From assembly GCA_963760875.1 (NCBI GenBank), contig CAVXEH010000002.1, positions 336,258 through 400,257 on the forward strand: a DNA stretch of 64,000 bases. The letters run 5' to 3'. The notes under the pieces are model-generated. The model ran no database searches, had not been told where the DNA came from, and worked only from the letters and a program-made list of their open reading frames with translations. Position numbers and translations under genes: made by a program. Below are positions 47,276-56,819 of this stretch, in pieces; position 1 is the first letter of the stretch, and the number at the start of each line of letters is the position of its first letter. Source of the stretch: an uncultured Chloroflexia bacterium (GTDB lineage Bacteria > Chloroflexota > Limnocylindria > QHBO01).

Positions 47276-47890
47276 GTGAACGACAACGCACGGATGACGG
47301 GGCCTGATCAGGAAGCCCTGTTCGAGACGGCCAGCGCCCAGGCCGGGTACTTCACGGCGGCCCAGGCGCTGGATCACGGCTTCAGTTCGGCGCTGCTGAC
47401 CCATCACACGAAGACCGGGCGCTTCCTGCGCGTTGCCCGCGGACTGTACCGGCTGCGCGACTACCCGTCCGCGCCGGGCGAGGAGATCGTCGCCGCGTGG
47501 CTTCGCCAGGCACCCCGCGCGGTCGTGTCGCACGAGTCAGCGCTGGAGCTGCTCGGCCTGTCCGACACCATCGCCGATCAGGTCCACCTCACGGTCCCTC
47601 GCGAGCGTCGTCGACTGGTGTCGCAACCCGGGGTCACGATCCACACCACGACGCACCCATTCACCGAGACTGACCTCATCAGCCGCCACGGCGTTCGGCT
47701 CACGGCGCCGGCCCGCACCATCGTCGATGTCGCGGGAGCGGGTCTGGCTCCCGACCAGGTCGCGGCAGCCGTCAGCCAGGCGCTGCGGCGAGGGCTCACC
47801 ACGCCGGCCCTGCTCCGCGAGGCGGCTCGTTCGCGCGGTCATCGGGTCCAGCGGCTGGTCGAAGCCGCGCTCGCTGGGGCTGGTATATGA
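47276..47890 (+). CDS. AbiEi-family antitoxin/transcriptional regulator (type IV TA / abortive infection)
   Basis: N-terminal AbiEi_4-like wHTH (FETASAQAGYFTAAQALDHGFSSALLTHHTKTGRFLRVARGLYRL) and a C-terminal domain. Overlaps the downstream AbiEii gene by 4 bp. Confidence 0.65.
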   Translation: MNDNARMTGPDQEALFETASAQAGYFTAAQALDHGFSSALLTHHTKTGRFLRVARGLYRLRDYPSAPGEEIVAAWLRQAPRAVVSHESALELLGLSDTIADQVHLTVPRERRRLVSQPGVTIHTTTHPFTETDLISRHGVRLTAPARTIVDVAGAGLAPDQVAAAVSQALRRGLTTPALLREAARSRGHRVQRLVEAALAGAGI

Positions 47891-48774
47891 GGTACGCCTC
47901 TGCGGGCGCCTTCCGCCGGGCGCTCGAGATGCGTCTTACTACGCACGCGCGCGGCACCGGCAGCTCGGTGGTCCGCCTGCGCAAGGAGGTCGCCTTCGAT
48001 CGGCTGCTCGCTCGTCTGTTCGCCGTGGCGCCGGCGCGCTGGGTCCTGAAGGGCGCCCTGGCGCTCGACTACCGCTTCGGCGACCGCGCCCGAACGACGA
48101 AGGACATCGATCTCGCCAACACTGGGGACGAGGCTTCTGCGACGAACGAGCTGCTCGCGGCGCAGGCGGTCGATCTTGGCGACTTCTTCGGCTTCGCGAT
48201 CGAGCGCACGAGCGCCCTCGAACGTCTGGCGGAGGGTACCGCCGTGCGCTATCACGTCCGCGCCGAGCTGGCCGGTCGGGTGTTCGATGAATTCCTGCTC
48301 GATGTGGGCTTCGACCCGCCAACCGGGATCGAGCTCGACCGGCTACACGGGCCGGACCTCCTGGTCTTCGCCGAGATCACGCCCGTCGAGGTCGCAGCCA
48401 TCCCGATCGAGTTCCACGTGGCCGAGAAGCTCCATGCCTTCAGTCGCGTCTATAGCGTGGGCTCGATCGTGAGCACCCGCGTGAAGGACCTCGTCGACCT
48501 CGTGCTCATCGCGGCCGAAGCCACTCTGGAGGCAGCGAGGCTCCGGTCGGCCATCAGGACCACCTTCGGTCGCAGGGCGAACCGTGAGCTGCCCGCAGGC
48601 CTGCCCCGTCCACCAGGCGACTGGCGCGTCCCGTATGGCCGGATGGCGCGTGTGGTCGGCCTCGATCCTGACCTTGAGGCCGGCTTCGGCTTGGCCGCGC
48701 GGATGCTCGATCCGATTCTCGGGCGCACCGTTCACCGTGGCGCGTGGGATCGTGTCGCTCAGACCTGGACCTGA
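47887..48774 (+). CDS. AbiEii/AbiGii-family nucleotidyltransferase toxin
   Basis: Motif LKGALALDYRFGDRARTTKDIDL (KGGxAL...R.S.DIDL) typical of DUF1814/AbiEii nucleotidyltransferases. 295 aa. Confidence 0.7.
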   Translation: MRYASAGAFRRALEMRLTTHARGTGSSVVRLRKEVAFDRLLARLFAVAPARWVLKGALALDYRFGDRARTTKDIDLANTGDEASATNELLAAQAVDLGDFFGFAIERTSALERLAEGTAVRYHVRAELAGRVFDEFLLDVGFDPPTGIELDRLHGPDLLVFAEITPVEVAAIPIEFHVAEKLHAFSRVYSVGSIVSTRVKDLVDLVLIAAEATLEAARLRSAIRTTFGRRANRELPAGLPRPPGDWRVPYGRMARVVGLDPDLEAGFGLAARMLDPILGRTVHRGAWDRVAQTWT

Positions 48775-48867
48775 TCTCGCGGCAGCCAGGAGTGTCCGGC
48801 CTGGCCGTGCTTCTGGTTGACCTGGCGGCGATGTCACAGGTGACCGAGTGCTACCGTCCAGTCCAGC

Positions 48868-49767
48868 ATGAGCCAGGTGCCTCAAGCCCGTGACGTGCCC
48901 GACAGCGTCTACGCCGCCCTGCGGCCCCTGCTGACCTCGATCGCCTACGAGATGGTGGGCGCGGTGGGTGACGCGCAGGACATCGTCCAGGAGGCGTTCC
49001 TGCGCTTCCATCGGGCGGGCGCCGAGGGCCTGGCGATCGATTCCCCGAAGGCCTGGCTGTCCAAGGTTGTGACCCGCCTCGCGATCGACCATGTCCGATC
49101 GGCACGAGTCCGCAGGGAGACCTACGTCGGGACCTGGCTGCCGGAGCCGCTCCTGACCGATCCGACCCCGGACGCGGCTCGATACGTCGAGACCGCCGAG
49201 GCCCTTTCGATGGCCTTCCTGGTCCTGCTCGAGCGTCTCAGCCCCGTCGAGCGGGCGGTGTTCCTGCTGCGCGACGTGTTCGACTTCGGTTTCGACGAGA
49301 TCGCGGACATCGTCGGCAAGTCCCAGGACAACTGTCGCCAGATCGCGGTGCGCGCCCGGCGACACATCGAGGACGGCAGGCCGCGGTTCGAGGCCTCGCG
49401 CGAGCGCCGCGAGGCGCTGGCCCGGCGGTTCTTCGAGGCAGTCGGTGCCGGAACGACGGACGGGCTCGTGGACCTGCTGGCGGCCGACGTCGTGCTCTAC
49501 ACCGATGGCGGCACCCACGGGCCGGCGTTCCCGCAGCCGATCCACGGGCGCGAGCGTGTGACGCGGATCTTCAGCGGCTACCGCCCGGCCTCCTTGGGAG
49601 GCGTCGAGCAACGGGTCGCCGAGCTCAACGGCCAGCCGGGGATGGTCTTTCTCGATGCCGAGGGTCGGACGGTGGCCGTCATCGGGCTCGATATCGCCGA
49701 CGGTCAGATCATCGCCGTGCGGGCGATCAGCAACCCGGAGAAGCTCCGCCACCTCGACCAGCGCTGA
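48868..49767 (+). CDS. ECF sigma factor of the ECF41 type with C-terminal SnoaL/NTF2-like extension
   Basis: Sigma-70 region 2 (DIVQEAFLRFHR) and region 4 (SPVERAVFLLRDVFDFGFDEIADIVGKSQDNCRQIAVRARRHI). The hallmark YVGTWLPEP linker motif (YVGPWLPEP in ECF41) is present. Confidence 0.75.
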   Translation: MSQVPQARDVPDSVYAALRPLLTSIAYEMVGAVGDAQDIVQEAFLRFHRAGAEGLAIDSPKAWLSKVVTRLAIDHVRSARVRRETYVGTWLPEPLLTDPTPDAARYVETAEALSMAFLVLLERLSPVERAVFLLRDVFDFGFDEIADIVGKSQDNCRQIAVRARRHIEDGRPRFEASRERREALARRFFEAVGAGTTDGLVDLLAADVVLYTDGGTHGPAFPQPIHGRERVTRIFSGYRPASLGGVEQRVAELNGQPGMVFLDAEGRTVAVIGLDIADGQIIAVRAISNPEKLRHLDQR

Positions 49768-49925
49768 GCCCGCCCGCGACCGAGCAAACATCCTGTCACT
49801 GGCTTGCCGCCGGTTCCGTCTTGATTGTTGCCGGGTCGTCACCGGCTTCGCAGCGAAGAACGCGACCATATGAAGCTCGAGCTGACCATTGCAGCCGATT
49901 TGAACGACCCCGGAGAGGAGAAACC

Positions 49926-50405
49926 ATGACCGATGACAAGCCGACCACGAAGCGCCCGGGCGAGCGCAAGTCGGACGAAGCGTGGACCGACGAAGAGAAG
50001 GCGGCGATCAAGGAGTACCGCCGGGAGCGAAGCCGCTCGGCGCGCCCCAGGAGGCGCGGCAAGCAGGACGAGGCGGACGGCGAAGCCGAGGTGCTCGCCA
50101 AGATCGCCCAGCTGGACGAGCCGGATCACACCATGGCCGAGCGACTCCACGCGATCGTCAAGACCGCCGCGCCGGGGATGTCGTCCCGTACCTGGTACGG
50201 GAGCCCCGCGTACTACCGGGATGGACAGCTCGTCTGCTACTTCCAGGAGCGCGCCAAGTTCAAGGCGCGATACGCGGTCCTGGGCTTCAGCGACAAGGCC
50301 CACCTCGACGACGGCTCGATGTGGCCGGTCATGTACGCCCTGCCGGAGATGACATCTGCCGACGAGGCGAGGATCACCGCGCTCGTCAAGAAGGCGGTGG
50401 GCTGA
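49926..50405 (+). CDS. DUF1801 (YdhG-like) domain protein
   Basis: GGAGAGGAGAAACC-ATG strong SD. The C-terminal half (WYGSPAYYRDGQLVCYFQERAKFKARYAVLGFSD) resembles DUF1801. The N-terminus is Lys/Arg/Glu-rich. Confidence 0.5.
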   Translation: MTDDKPTTKRPGERKSDEAWTDEEKAAIKEYRRERSRSARPRRRGKQDEADGEAEVLAKIAQLDEPDHTMAERLHAIVKTAAPGMSSRTWYGSPAYYRDGQLVCYFQERAKFKARYAVLGFSDKAHLDDGSMWPVMYALPEMTSADEARITALVKKAVG

Positions 50406-50432
50406 GAAAGCCACGAGCTGAGGCCAACCTCC

Positions 50433-50693
50433 TTACCTCGACATGTGTCTGGAACGACTGGCAGCCGTGCGACTCCGGTCTCGTTTCAGGACCGCACGAC
50501 AGTCTGGGCAATATCGCTGGACCGGCGAGCGGCGTTCGACGACTTGATGGCAACGCGCGCACTGGACGAGCGCGACCTTCAGCCACGCGCGCGATCGAGC
50601 CGTGGGGCGGGAGAGCGAGATGCGACTCTCAGTCGTTCCACGCGAATTCAGTACACGGCCGGCTCCCGCCCGGCCAGATGACCCTGCGGCCAA
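50433..50693 (-). CDS. Stand-alone 86-aa zinc-ribbon-like ORF homologous to the C-terminal module of the serine recombinase at 60585-62345 (fragment or domesticated small protein)
   Basis: AGAGRVLNSRGTTESRISLSRPTARSRAWLKVALVQCARCHQVVERRSPVQRYCPDCRAVLKR aligns with the recombinase C-terminus. About 80% nucleotide identity over ~250 bp. Confidence 0.4.
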   Translation of the reverse strand: MAAGSSGRAGAGRVLNSRGTTESRISLSRPTARSRAWLKVALVQCARCHQVVERRSPVQRYCPDCRAVLKRDRSRTAASRSRHMSR

Positions 50694-50751
50694 TCCGTTA
50701 ACTCGAACGGGGTACCTCGACTGGCGGCACCCCGACGCTTTCCGCGGCGCC

Positions 50752-51969
50752 TTACTCGAGCGCGTTGTCGACTGACATGGCAGGGATGCCTACCTCGATC
50801 GCAAGCCCGCCGGCTTGCCTCGCGCGAGCCCTGACGATGCCGCCATGGGCGTCGGCAATCGCCCGCACAATCGAGAGGCCGAGTCCCCACCCTTCTTGGC
50901 CAGCCGATCGATCGGGCAGTCGCTGGAATGGCTGAAACAGCCGCTCGACTTCCATCGCCGGGATCGGCAGGCCGGTGTTGGTGACCCGCAGGACGGCCTC
51001 CCCGAAATGTCTTTCCGTCGAGATCTCGATCGCACCGTTGGGGATGTTGTACTTGGTCGCGTTGTCGACCAGATTGGCCGCGAGCCGCTCGAGCAGCTGA
51101 GGATCACCGCGCACATCCGCGCGATCCAAGCGCTCCTCGAGGTGCAGCCCGGCTGCCTCGATGCCGTGGCGCCGAGTTCGCAGCGCGGCGTCGACGGACT
51201 CGGCGAGGTCAGCCCGCTCCGCGCGTTCCAGCCCGCGCTCGCCGCGTGCCAGGGTGAACAGCGCCTCGAATAGCCGCTCCTGCTGCTCCTCGGCGACCAG
51301 AACTCGCTCGAAGGTTGCGCGCCAGCCGTCCATCGTGGGCTCCGGGTCGTCGAGCGCGTACTGGACCAGCGCCCGCTGTCGCGCGAGTGGTGTGCGCAAC
51401 TCGTGCGAGGCGTTGGCGACGAACTGCCGTTGCGCCTCGAAGGACCGCTCGAGTCGGCCCAGGAGATCGTCGAACGTCTGCCCGAGATCCTTCAGCTCGT
51501 CGTCCGGGCCGGCCGGGGCCAGCCGGAGCCCGAGGTTCGTGCTCGAGATCTCCCGTGCGGACGCGGACATGGTGCGCAGTCGCCGCAGCAGACGCCCGGC
51601 CACGAACCACCCGATCGCCACTGAGGCGAGGGCCAGGCTCGCAATCGCCACCATGGACAGGATCAGGTAGTAGCGTTGCTCCGCAACATGCTGGCCCTCG
51701 ACCACCGATCTGAGCAGCTTCGGCAGGTCCGCCGCGGAACCACCGAAGGGAGCAGCCAGGGTGTTCGCACCTCCGCCGCCGAACGGGCCGCCGAAGTCGA
51801 CCGTCACCTGGCCGTCGGAACCAACGTTCACGGCCAGATTGGTCGTCGTGAACGCCACATACGAGACCCCGAGGAGTGCAGCCCCCGCGAGCAGGATCAG
51901 CGCGCCGTACAGCAGCGCCAGGCGGAGGCGGATCGTGATCCGCGGCAGGTGGGGAATCGGGAGTCTCAT
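50752..51969 (-). CDS. Sensor histidine kinase (HAMP-HisKA-HATPase)
   Basis: H-box ASHELRTPLA; N, G1 (DNATKY), G2 (GWGLGLSIV) boxes; two N-terminal TM segments. Confidence 0.8.
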   Translation of the reverse strand: MRLPIPHLPRITIRLRLALLYGALILLAGAALLGVSYVAFTTTNLAVNVGSDGQVTVDFGGPFGGGGANTLAAPFGGSAADLPKLLRSVVEGQHVAEQRYYLILSMVAIASLALASVAIGWFVAGRLLRRLRTMSASAREISSTNLGLRLAPAGPDDELKDLGQTFDDLLGRLERSFEAQRQFVANASHELRTPLARQRALVQYALDDPEPTMDGWRATFERVLVAEEQQERLFEALFTLARGERGLERAERADLAESVDAALRTRRHGIEAAGLHLEERLDRADVRGDPQLLERLAANLVDNATKYNIPNGAIEISTERHFGEAVLRVTNTGLPIPAMEVERLFQPFQRLPDRSAGQEGWGLGLSIVRAIADAHGGIVRARARQAGGLAIEVGIPAMSVDNALE

Positions 51970-51991
51970 CTCGCCTCGCCCGCTGGTGTCA

Positions 51992-52645
51992 TCAGATCCG
52001 GTACCCAGCCTCCACGACCGTCTCGATGAGCGGCGGATCGCCCAGCTTGGCCCGGAGGCGGCTCACGGTCGTCCTGACCGCCTGCGAGAACGGATCGGCG
52101 TTCTCGTCCCACACTCGCTCGAGGAGTTCCTCCGATGACACCACGCGACCCTCGGCGGCGAGGAGCAGCTCGAGCACGCCCAGCTCCTTGGGGCTCAGCT
52201 CGACGAGCTGGCCGGCGCGCCGGACCCGTCGGCGGGCGGTGTCGAGCTCCAGATCGTCGTGCCGCAAGACTGGCGGGAGGGCGGGTTGCGAGCGCCGCAC
52301 GAGGGCGCGGACGCGAGCCACCACTTCGGGGAGGTCGAACGGCTTGCCGATGTAGTCGTCGGCCCCGCGGCCGAGCCCGTCGACGAGGTCATCGGTCGTG
52401 GCCGCGGCCGTCAGCATGAGCACCCGGGCGCGGCATCCTCGCGAGACGAGCTCGGCGCAGACCTGGTCGCCGTGGACGCCGGGCAGGTCGCGGTCGAGGA
52501 CGATGACGTCGTAGTCGTGCTCCAATGCGCGCTCGAGGCCCGCACTGCCATCGAGCGCGATGTCCACCGCCATCTGCGCCCGGCGCAGGGTCGCACCGAC
52601 GATCTCCGCCAGCTCCTGGTCGTCTTCGATCACCAGCACGCGCAT
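51992..52645 (-). CDS. OmpR/PhoB-family response regulator
   Basis: REC domain (VLVIEDD...DVIVLDRDLPG...) plus C-terminal winged helix (LSPKELGVLELLL...). Confidence 0.85.
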   Translation of the reverse strand: MRVLVIEDDQELAEIVGATLRRAQMAVDIALDGSAGLERALEHDYDVIVLDRDLPGVHGDQVCAELVSRGCRARVLMLTAAATTDDLVDGLGRGADDYIGKPFDLPEVVARVRALVRRSQPALPPVLRHDDLELDTARRRVRRAGQLVELSPKELGVLELLLAAEGRVVSSEELLERVWDENADPFSQAVRTTVSRLRAKLGDPPLIETVVEAGYRI

Positions 52646-52905
52646 CGGCTCCTACCGTCGACTTCCCATCAAGCGAATCGGCCCGCATCGGTGGCCGACC
52701 CGTCCTGCCCGTCCATGATCGCTTCCCCACGTTGCGCGGGCATAACACCACGTCGCGAGGCGCCGAGTCTGCTGTTCGCGGCGTTATCCGGTCGCAACAT
52801 CCCATCGCCCATACCTCTTCACGGCGGCGGCGAACGCGGCCGGTTACCGGTAGTGACGAGAGGAGCGACCATGCGTGCCGCCTGGACGAGGCGAAGGGAA
52901 ACCCG

Positions 52906-53622
52906 ATGAGCGGGCCAGCGACGACAATTCTGCGCGCCCGCGGACTGCGCAAGGACTATGGCGCGGGTCCAGGACTGGTGCGGGCTGTTCATGACCTCGA
53001 CCTCGATGTCGCGCGCGGCGAAGCCGTCGCCGTGATGGGCCCGAGCGGCTGTGGGAAATCCACACTCCTCCACCTGCTTGGCGGGCTCGATCGGCCCACG
53101 GCCGGCGAGGTCTGGGTCAACGAGCGCCGGATCGACGCCCTCTCGCAGCGCGCCCTGGCCCGGGTGCGGCAGATGGAGGTTGCCTTCGTCTTTCAGGCGT
53201 TCCACCTCATGGAGGAGCTCACCGCCCAGGAGAACGTGGAGCTCCCGGCGCTCCTTGGTGGACGCCGGCCGGACGACGCCCGTCGGAGTGCCAGATCCCT
53301 GCTCGACCAGGTCGGCCTCGCCGGTCGGGCCGAGCATCTGCCATCGGGGCTCTCGGGCGGCGAGCGCCAGCGGGTGGCCATCGCCCGGGCGCTGGCCAAC
53401 GAGCCGGCGATCGTGCTCGCCGACGAGCCGACAGGCAATCTCGACAGCACCGCGACCCGGGAGGTCGTCGCCTTGCTCGGGTCACTCCACCGATCGGGTC
53501 TCACGGTCGTCATCGTCACCCATGACGAGCGGGTCGCCGCGACCGCGGATCGCATCGTGTCGATGCGCGACGGCGCCTTCGGCGATCGGCATGGCGCCAA
53601 CGGCGCCGTCGCGAGGAACTGA
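52906..53622 (+). CDS. ABC transporter ATP-binding protein (MacB/LolD/FtsE-like)
   Basis: Walker A GPSGCGKST; signature LSGGERQRVAIARAL; Walker B VLADEPTGNLD; H-loop VTHD. Confidence 0.85.
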   Translation: MSGPATTILRARGLRKDYGAGPGLVRAVHDLDLDVARGEAVAVMGPSGCGKSTLLHLLGGLDRPTAGEVWVNERRIDALSQRALARVRQMEVAFVFQAFHLMEELTAQENVELPALLGGRRPDDARRSARSLLDQVGLAGRAEHLPSGLSGGERQRVAIARALANEPAIVLADEPTGNLDSTATREVVALLGSLHRSGLTVVIVTHDERVAATADRIVSMRDGAFGDRHGANGAVARN

Positions 53623-53624
53623 CG

Positions 53625-55463
53625 ATGGGCCGCGCGCTGCTCATCGCCCGCCTGGGGTTGAAGGACCTGGGACACTACGCCGGCCAGTCCCTCCTGCTCC
53701 TTCTCGCGGTGGCCACCGGGGCCGCGATGTTGACGCTCGGCCTGGCCCTGGATGGAACGACCAACGACCCGTACGCCCGGACCCGCACGGCCACAAACGG
53801 GCCCGATGTGGTGGCCGAAGCCGCCCCGTCCGATGCCCTCGGGAGCGGCTCGGGGCCGGCCCAGCCAGGCCCCGGGCGCGGAGGACCGGAGAGCCAGACC
53901 AACGTCGCCGATGCCAGGGTGCTTGTGCCCCTCGAGCAGGCGGCTGGCGTGATCGGCTCCTCAGGCCCGTTCCCGATGACATGGGGCTTGCTGCGGATGC
54001 CGAGTGGGGACGGCGCGGCGTTGGTGGTTGGGCGCGACCCTGCGGCGTCGTCGGTCGACCAGCCGCAGTTATTACAGGGCAGCTGGGTTCGGCCCGGCGG
54101 CGTGGTGGTCGAGGCCAGCTTCGCCGCGGCAGTCGGTCTTCAGATCGGCGATCCGCTGAGCATCGGCGGCCGGTCCTACGTCGTGGTTGGAATCGCCGTG
54201 ACGGCCGCGATTCCCACCTATCCGGATGGATGCCATTACCTCGGCTGCTTCCTGGTCGGGACCCTCGGCGATTCCAACCCGGGTCTCATCTGGGTCCCTG
54301 CTCCCGACGTGCCGGGCATCGCTGCGGCAAGCAAGGAGCCGCTCTTCTACGTCTTGAATCTGAAGCTCAGCGATCCCGCCGACGCTCCGGTCTTCGCCGA
54401 ACGCCGCAATGCGGACGCCGCCGCGACGGGCATCACGCTGTTCACCTGGCAGGGCATCCGTGCCGCCGATGCCGATGCGGTCGGCACCATGCAGCAGGTG
54501 CTGTTCACCGGGAGCGCACTGCTCGATCTGCTGGCACTCCTGAGTGTGGTGGTGCTCGTCGGCGCTCGCATGGCGGCGCAGAGGCGCCGGGTCGGCCTGC
54601 TGAAGGCCGTTGGTGCCACGCCCGAGTTCGTCGCAGCGGTACTGCTCGTCGAGCACGCCCTGGTCGCGGTTTGCGGCGCCGGGGCGGGCCTGCTCATCGG
54701 CTGGCTGGCGGCGCCGTTGATCAACGGACCGGGCGCCGGGCTCCTGGGCGCGGCCAGCGCCGCGTCGCTCACCGGCTCGGTCGTCGCGATCGTGGTGGTG
54801 CTCGCGCTCGCCGTGGCCATGGTGGCGACGCTCGTGCCCGCCGTGGGCGCTGCCCGGCAGAGCACCGTGGCGGCACTGGAGGACGCGGCGCATCCCCCGC
54901 GGCGTCGGGAGACGGTGCTGCGGGCCACGGAGCACCTGCCCGCGACGCTGCTCGTGGGTGTCCGGCTTGCGATGCGCCGGCCAAGGAGACTGGCGGTGAG
55001 TGCGCTCAGCGTCGCGGTCACAACCTTCGGGCTCGTCGCGGTGCTGATCGTCAACACCACCGGCTGGTCACTCGGCCCGCGCGTTGCCCAGGCGACCGTC
55101 ATCGTGTCGGTGATGCTCGTCATCCTGGCCGCGGTGAACGCCCTTGTCATCGCCTGGGCCACCGCGCTCGATACTCGACGGCCAGCCGCCCTGATGCGTG
55201 CCCTCGGCGCAACACGGGTGCAGGTGACGACCGGCTTGGCGCTGGCCCAACTGGGCCCAGCGTTCGTGGGAGTGCTGCTCGGCATCCCTGGCCCGATCGT
55301 GCTCTACCTGCGTGGCGGCCGCCTGTCGACATCACCCCCGGTGCTCCCGCTGGTGGCCGTGGTCATCGTCACGCTGCTGGCGATCGCGGCGCTCACCGCC
55401 CTCGCGACGCTGGCTGCTTCCCGCGGACCGGTGGCCGACGTCCTTCAGGCCGATACCGCCTGA
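53625..55463 (+). CDS. ABC transporter permease, FtsX-like (MacB-type, two FtsX domains)
   Basis: ATG overlaps the upstream ATPase stop. 612 aa with two sets of 4 TM helices and large extracytoplasmic domains. Confidence 0.8.
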   Translation: MGRALLIARLGLKDLGHYAGQSLLLLLAVATGAAMLTLGLALDGTTNDPYARTRTATNGPDVVAEAAPSDALGSGSGPAQPGPGRGGPESQTNVADARVLVPLEQAAGVIGSSGPFPMTWGLLRMPSGDGAALVVGRDPAASSVDQPQLLQGSWVRPGGVVVEASFAAAVGLQIGDPLSIGGRSYVVVGIAVTAAIPTYPDGCHYLGCFLVGTLGDSNPGLIWVPAPDVPGIAAASKEPLFYVLNLKLSDPADAPVFAERRNADAAATGITLFTWQGIRAADADAVGTMQQVLFTGSALLDLLALLSVVVLVGARMAAQRRRVGLLKAVGATPEFVAAVLLVEHALVAVCGAGAGLLIGWLAAPLINGPGAGLLGAASAASLTGSVVAIVVVLALAVAMVATLVPAVGAARQSTVAALEDAAHPPRRRETVLRATEHLPATLLVGVRLAMRRPRRLAVSALSVAVTTFGLVAVLIVNTTGWSLGPRVAQATVIVSVMLVILAAVNALVIAWATALDTRRPAALMRALGATRVQVTTGLALAQLGPAFVGVLLGIPGPIVLYLRGGRLSTSPPVLPLVAVVIVTLLAIAALTALATLAASRGPVADVLQADTA

Positions 55464-55515
55464 TCGGCCGCTTCATTGCAGGGCAGTGAGGGGCCCGCGC
55501 TTCTCAGCACGCTTG

Positions 55516-55827
55516 CTATAGGTCAGAGCCTGGATCGGCGTTCCGTTGCACCTTCCGTCGCTGCATCATCGCCTCCCGGCTGAGCTTGCGTTTGAGGACG
55601 GCTCGACACGCCGGACAATGGCGTTGTACTGGGGACTTCCGCTCGACGACCTGAAGGCAGCCGGCGCACTCGACGAGTGCGATCTTCAGCCACTCGCGGG
55701 AGCGAGGCTGGTGGGGGAGCGGGATACCGCTCTCGGTCGCGCCCAACCGATTCAGTACACGGCTGGCTCCGGCCCGCCGGAGCCAGCTACCAGGTGGTAG
55801 CATGTTTTCGACCCGTGATCCAAGCAC
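55516..55827 (-). CDS. Stand-alone 103-aa zinc-ribbon-like ORF homologous to the serine recombinase C-terminal module (second copy)
   Basis: SWLRRAGASRVLNRLGATESGIPLPHQPRSREWLKIALVECAGCLQVVERKSPVQRHCPACRAVLKR. Nucleotide similarity to 50.5 kb and 60.7 kb copies includes the conserved palindrome GGCTCCGGCCCGCCGGAGCC. Confidence 0.4.
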   Translation of the reverse strand: MLGSRVENMLPPGSWLRRAGASRVLNRLGATESGIPLPHQPRSREWLKIALVECAGCLQVVERKSPVQRHCPACRAVLKRKLSREAMMQRRKVQRNADPGSDL

Positions 55828-56034
55828 GGATCGGCCGTTCTAGCGCCCTGACAAGCTAGCCGAAGAGGGTTAGGTTCGAACCGCTTCCGACGCTCTGGAC
55901 GAGGAGCGCGGCCGGCATGGTGATCGCGCCGCTCTCAACCCGCGGATTCGACGGTTTTGGTCGTCGCTTGACGCATGTAAGGCATTACCCTATGGTAATG
56001 CCTTACCAACTGGTCATGCGTTAGGAGCACCGTC

Positions 56035-56463
56035 ATGCCGCAGGTCACGCGCACGGTTCATATCCCGCGGTCGCCGAGCATCGTCTGGAAGCAGTTCGCG
56101 TCGGAACGCGCGTTGCGCCGGTGGCTGGCGCCGACGATCAGCATCGACCTCCAGGAAGGCGGCGACTATCGCATCCCCGGTGCCGATGGCCCGACCTCGA
56201 TCAGCGGCGTCGTGCTGGAGCTCGTCCCCGAAGGTCGCCTCGTGCTGTCGTGGCTGGAAGAAGGTTCGGAGTGGCGTCACCCCGGTCGGCTGGTGATCGC
56301 CCTTCGCGCCGAGGGTGACGGGACCGAGGTCACGCTGACGCACGATGGCTTCGCCGGCATTGGAACCTCGGGCTGGAAGGCAACCCGGGAAGCGTACGAG
56401 CGTGGCGTTGATCGCCATAAGCTGCTGCAGCGGCTTGCGGACGTGGTACTTGAGCGTGGCTGA
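56035..56463 (+). CDS. SRPBCC-superfamily protein (AHSA1/activator-of-Hsp90-ATPase-homolog-like)
   Basis: 142 aa; RTVHIPRSPSIVWKQFASERALRRWLAP...GGDYRI...SGVVLELVPEGRLVLSW typical of AHSA1-type SRPBCC. Commonly paired with ArsR regulators. Confidence 0.65.
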   Translation: MPQVTRTVHIPRSPSIVWKQFASERALRRWLAPTISIDLQEGGDYRIPGADGPTSISGVVLELVPEGRLVLSWLEEGSEWRHPGRLVIALRAEGDGTEVTLTHDGFAGIGTSGWKATREAYERGVDRHKLLQRLADVVLERG

Positions 56464-56794
56464 CGAATCAGATCCCTTCCGAGCGCTCGCGGACCCGACG
56501 CGTCGCCGCATCCTCGACCTCCTCCTGGAGCGAGGCAGCCTCACCGTCGGCGAGCTCGCCACCGAATTCCCCGACCTCGTGCCTTCAGGCATCTCCAAGC
56601 ACCTCATGAACCTCCGTGCCGCCGGACTGGTCGTCGCCCAGAAGGAGGGCCGGCACCAGCGCTACCGGATCGACCAGGATGGGCTCACGGCAGCGTTCGG
56701 CCCCTGGGTCGCCCGGTACGAGGCCCTGTGGACCAGCGCCCTGCAGCGACTCCGAGATCTCGCCACGGAGCGCCCGGAGCCCCGGGCTCGTTGA
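56456..56794 (+). CDS. ArsR/SmtB-family transcriptional regulator
   Basis: DPTRRRILDLLLERGSLTVGELATEF...ISKHLMNLRAAGLVVAQKEGRHQRYRI. GTG start overlaps the SRPBCC stop. Confidence 0.75.
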   Translation: MADESDPFRALADPTRRRILDLLLERGSLTVGELATEFPDLVPSGISKHLMNLRAAGLVVAQKEGRHQRYRIDQDGLTAAFGPWVARYEALWTSALQRLRDLATERPEPRAR

Positions 56795-56819
56795 TGAACA
56801 CCCGCGCCCCTTGTCCCTG

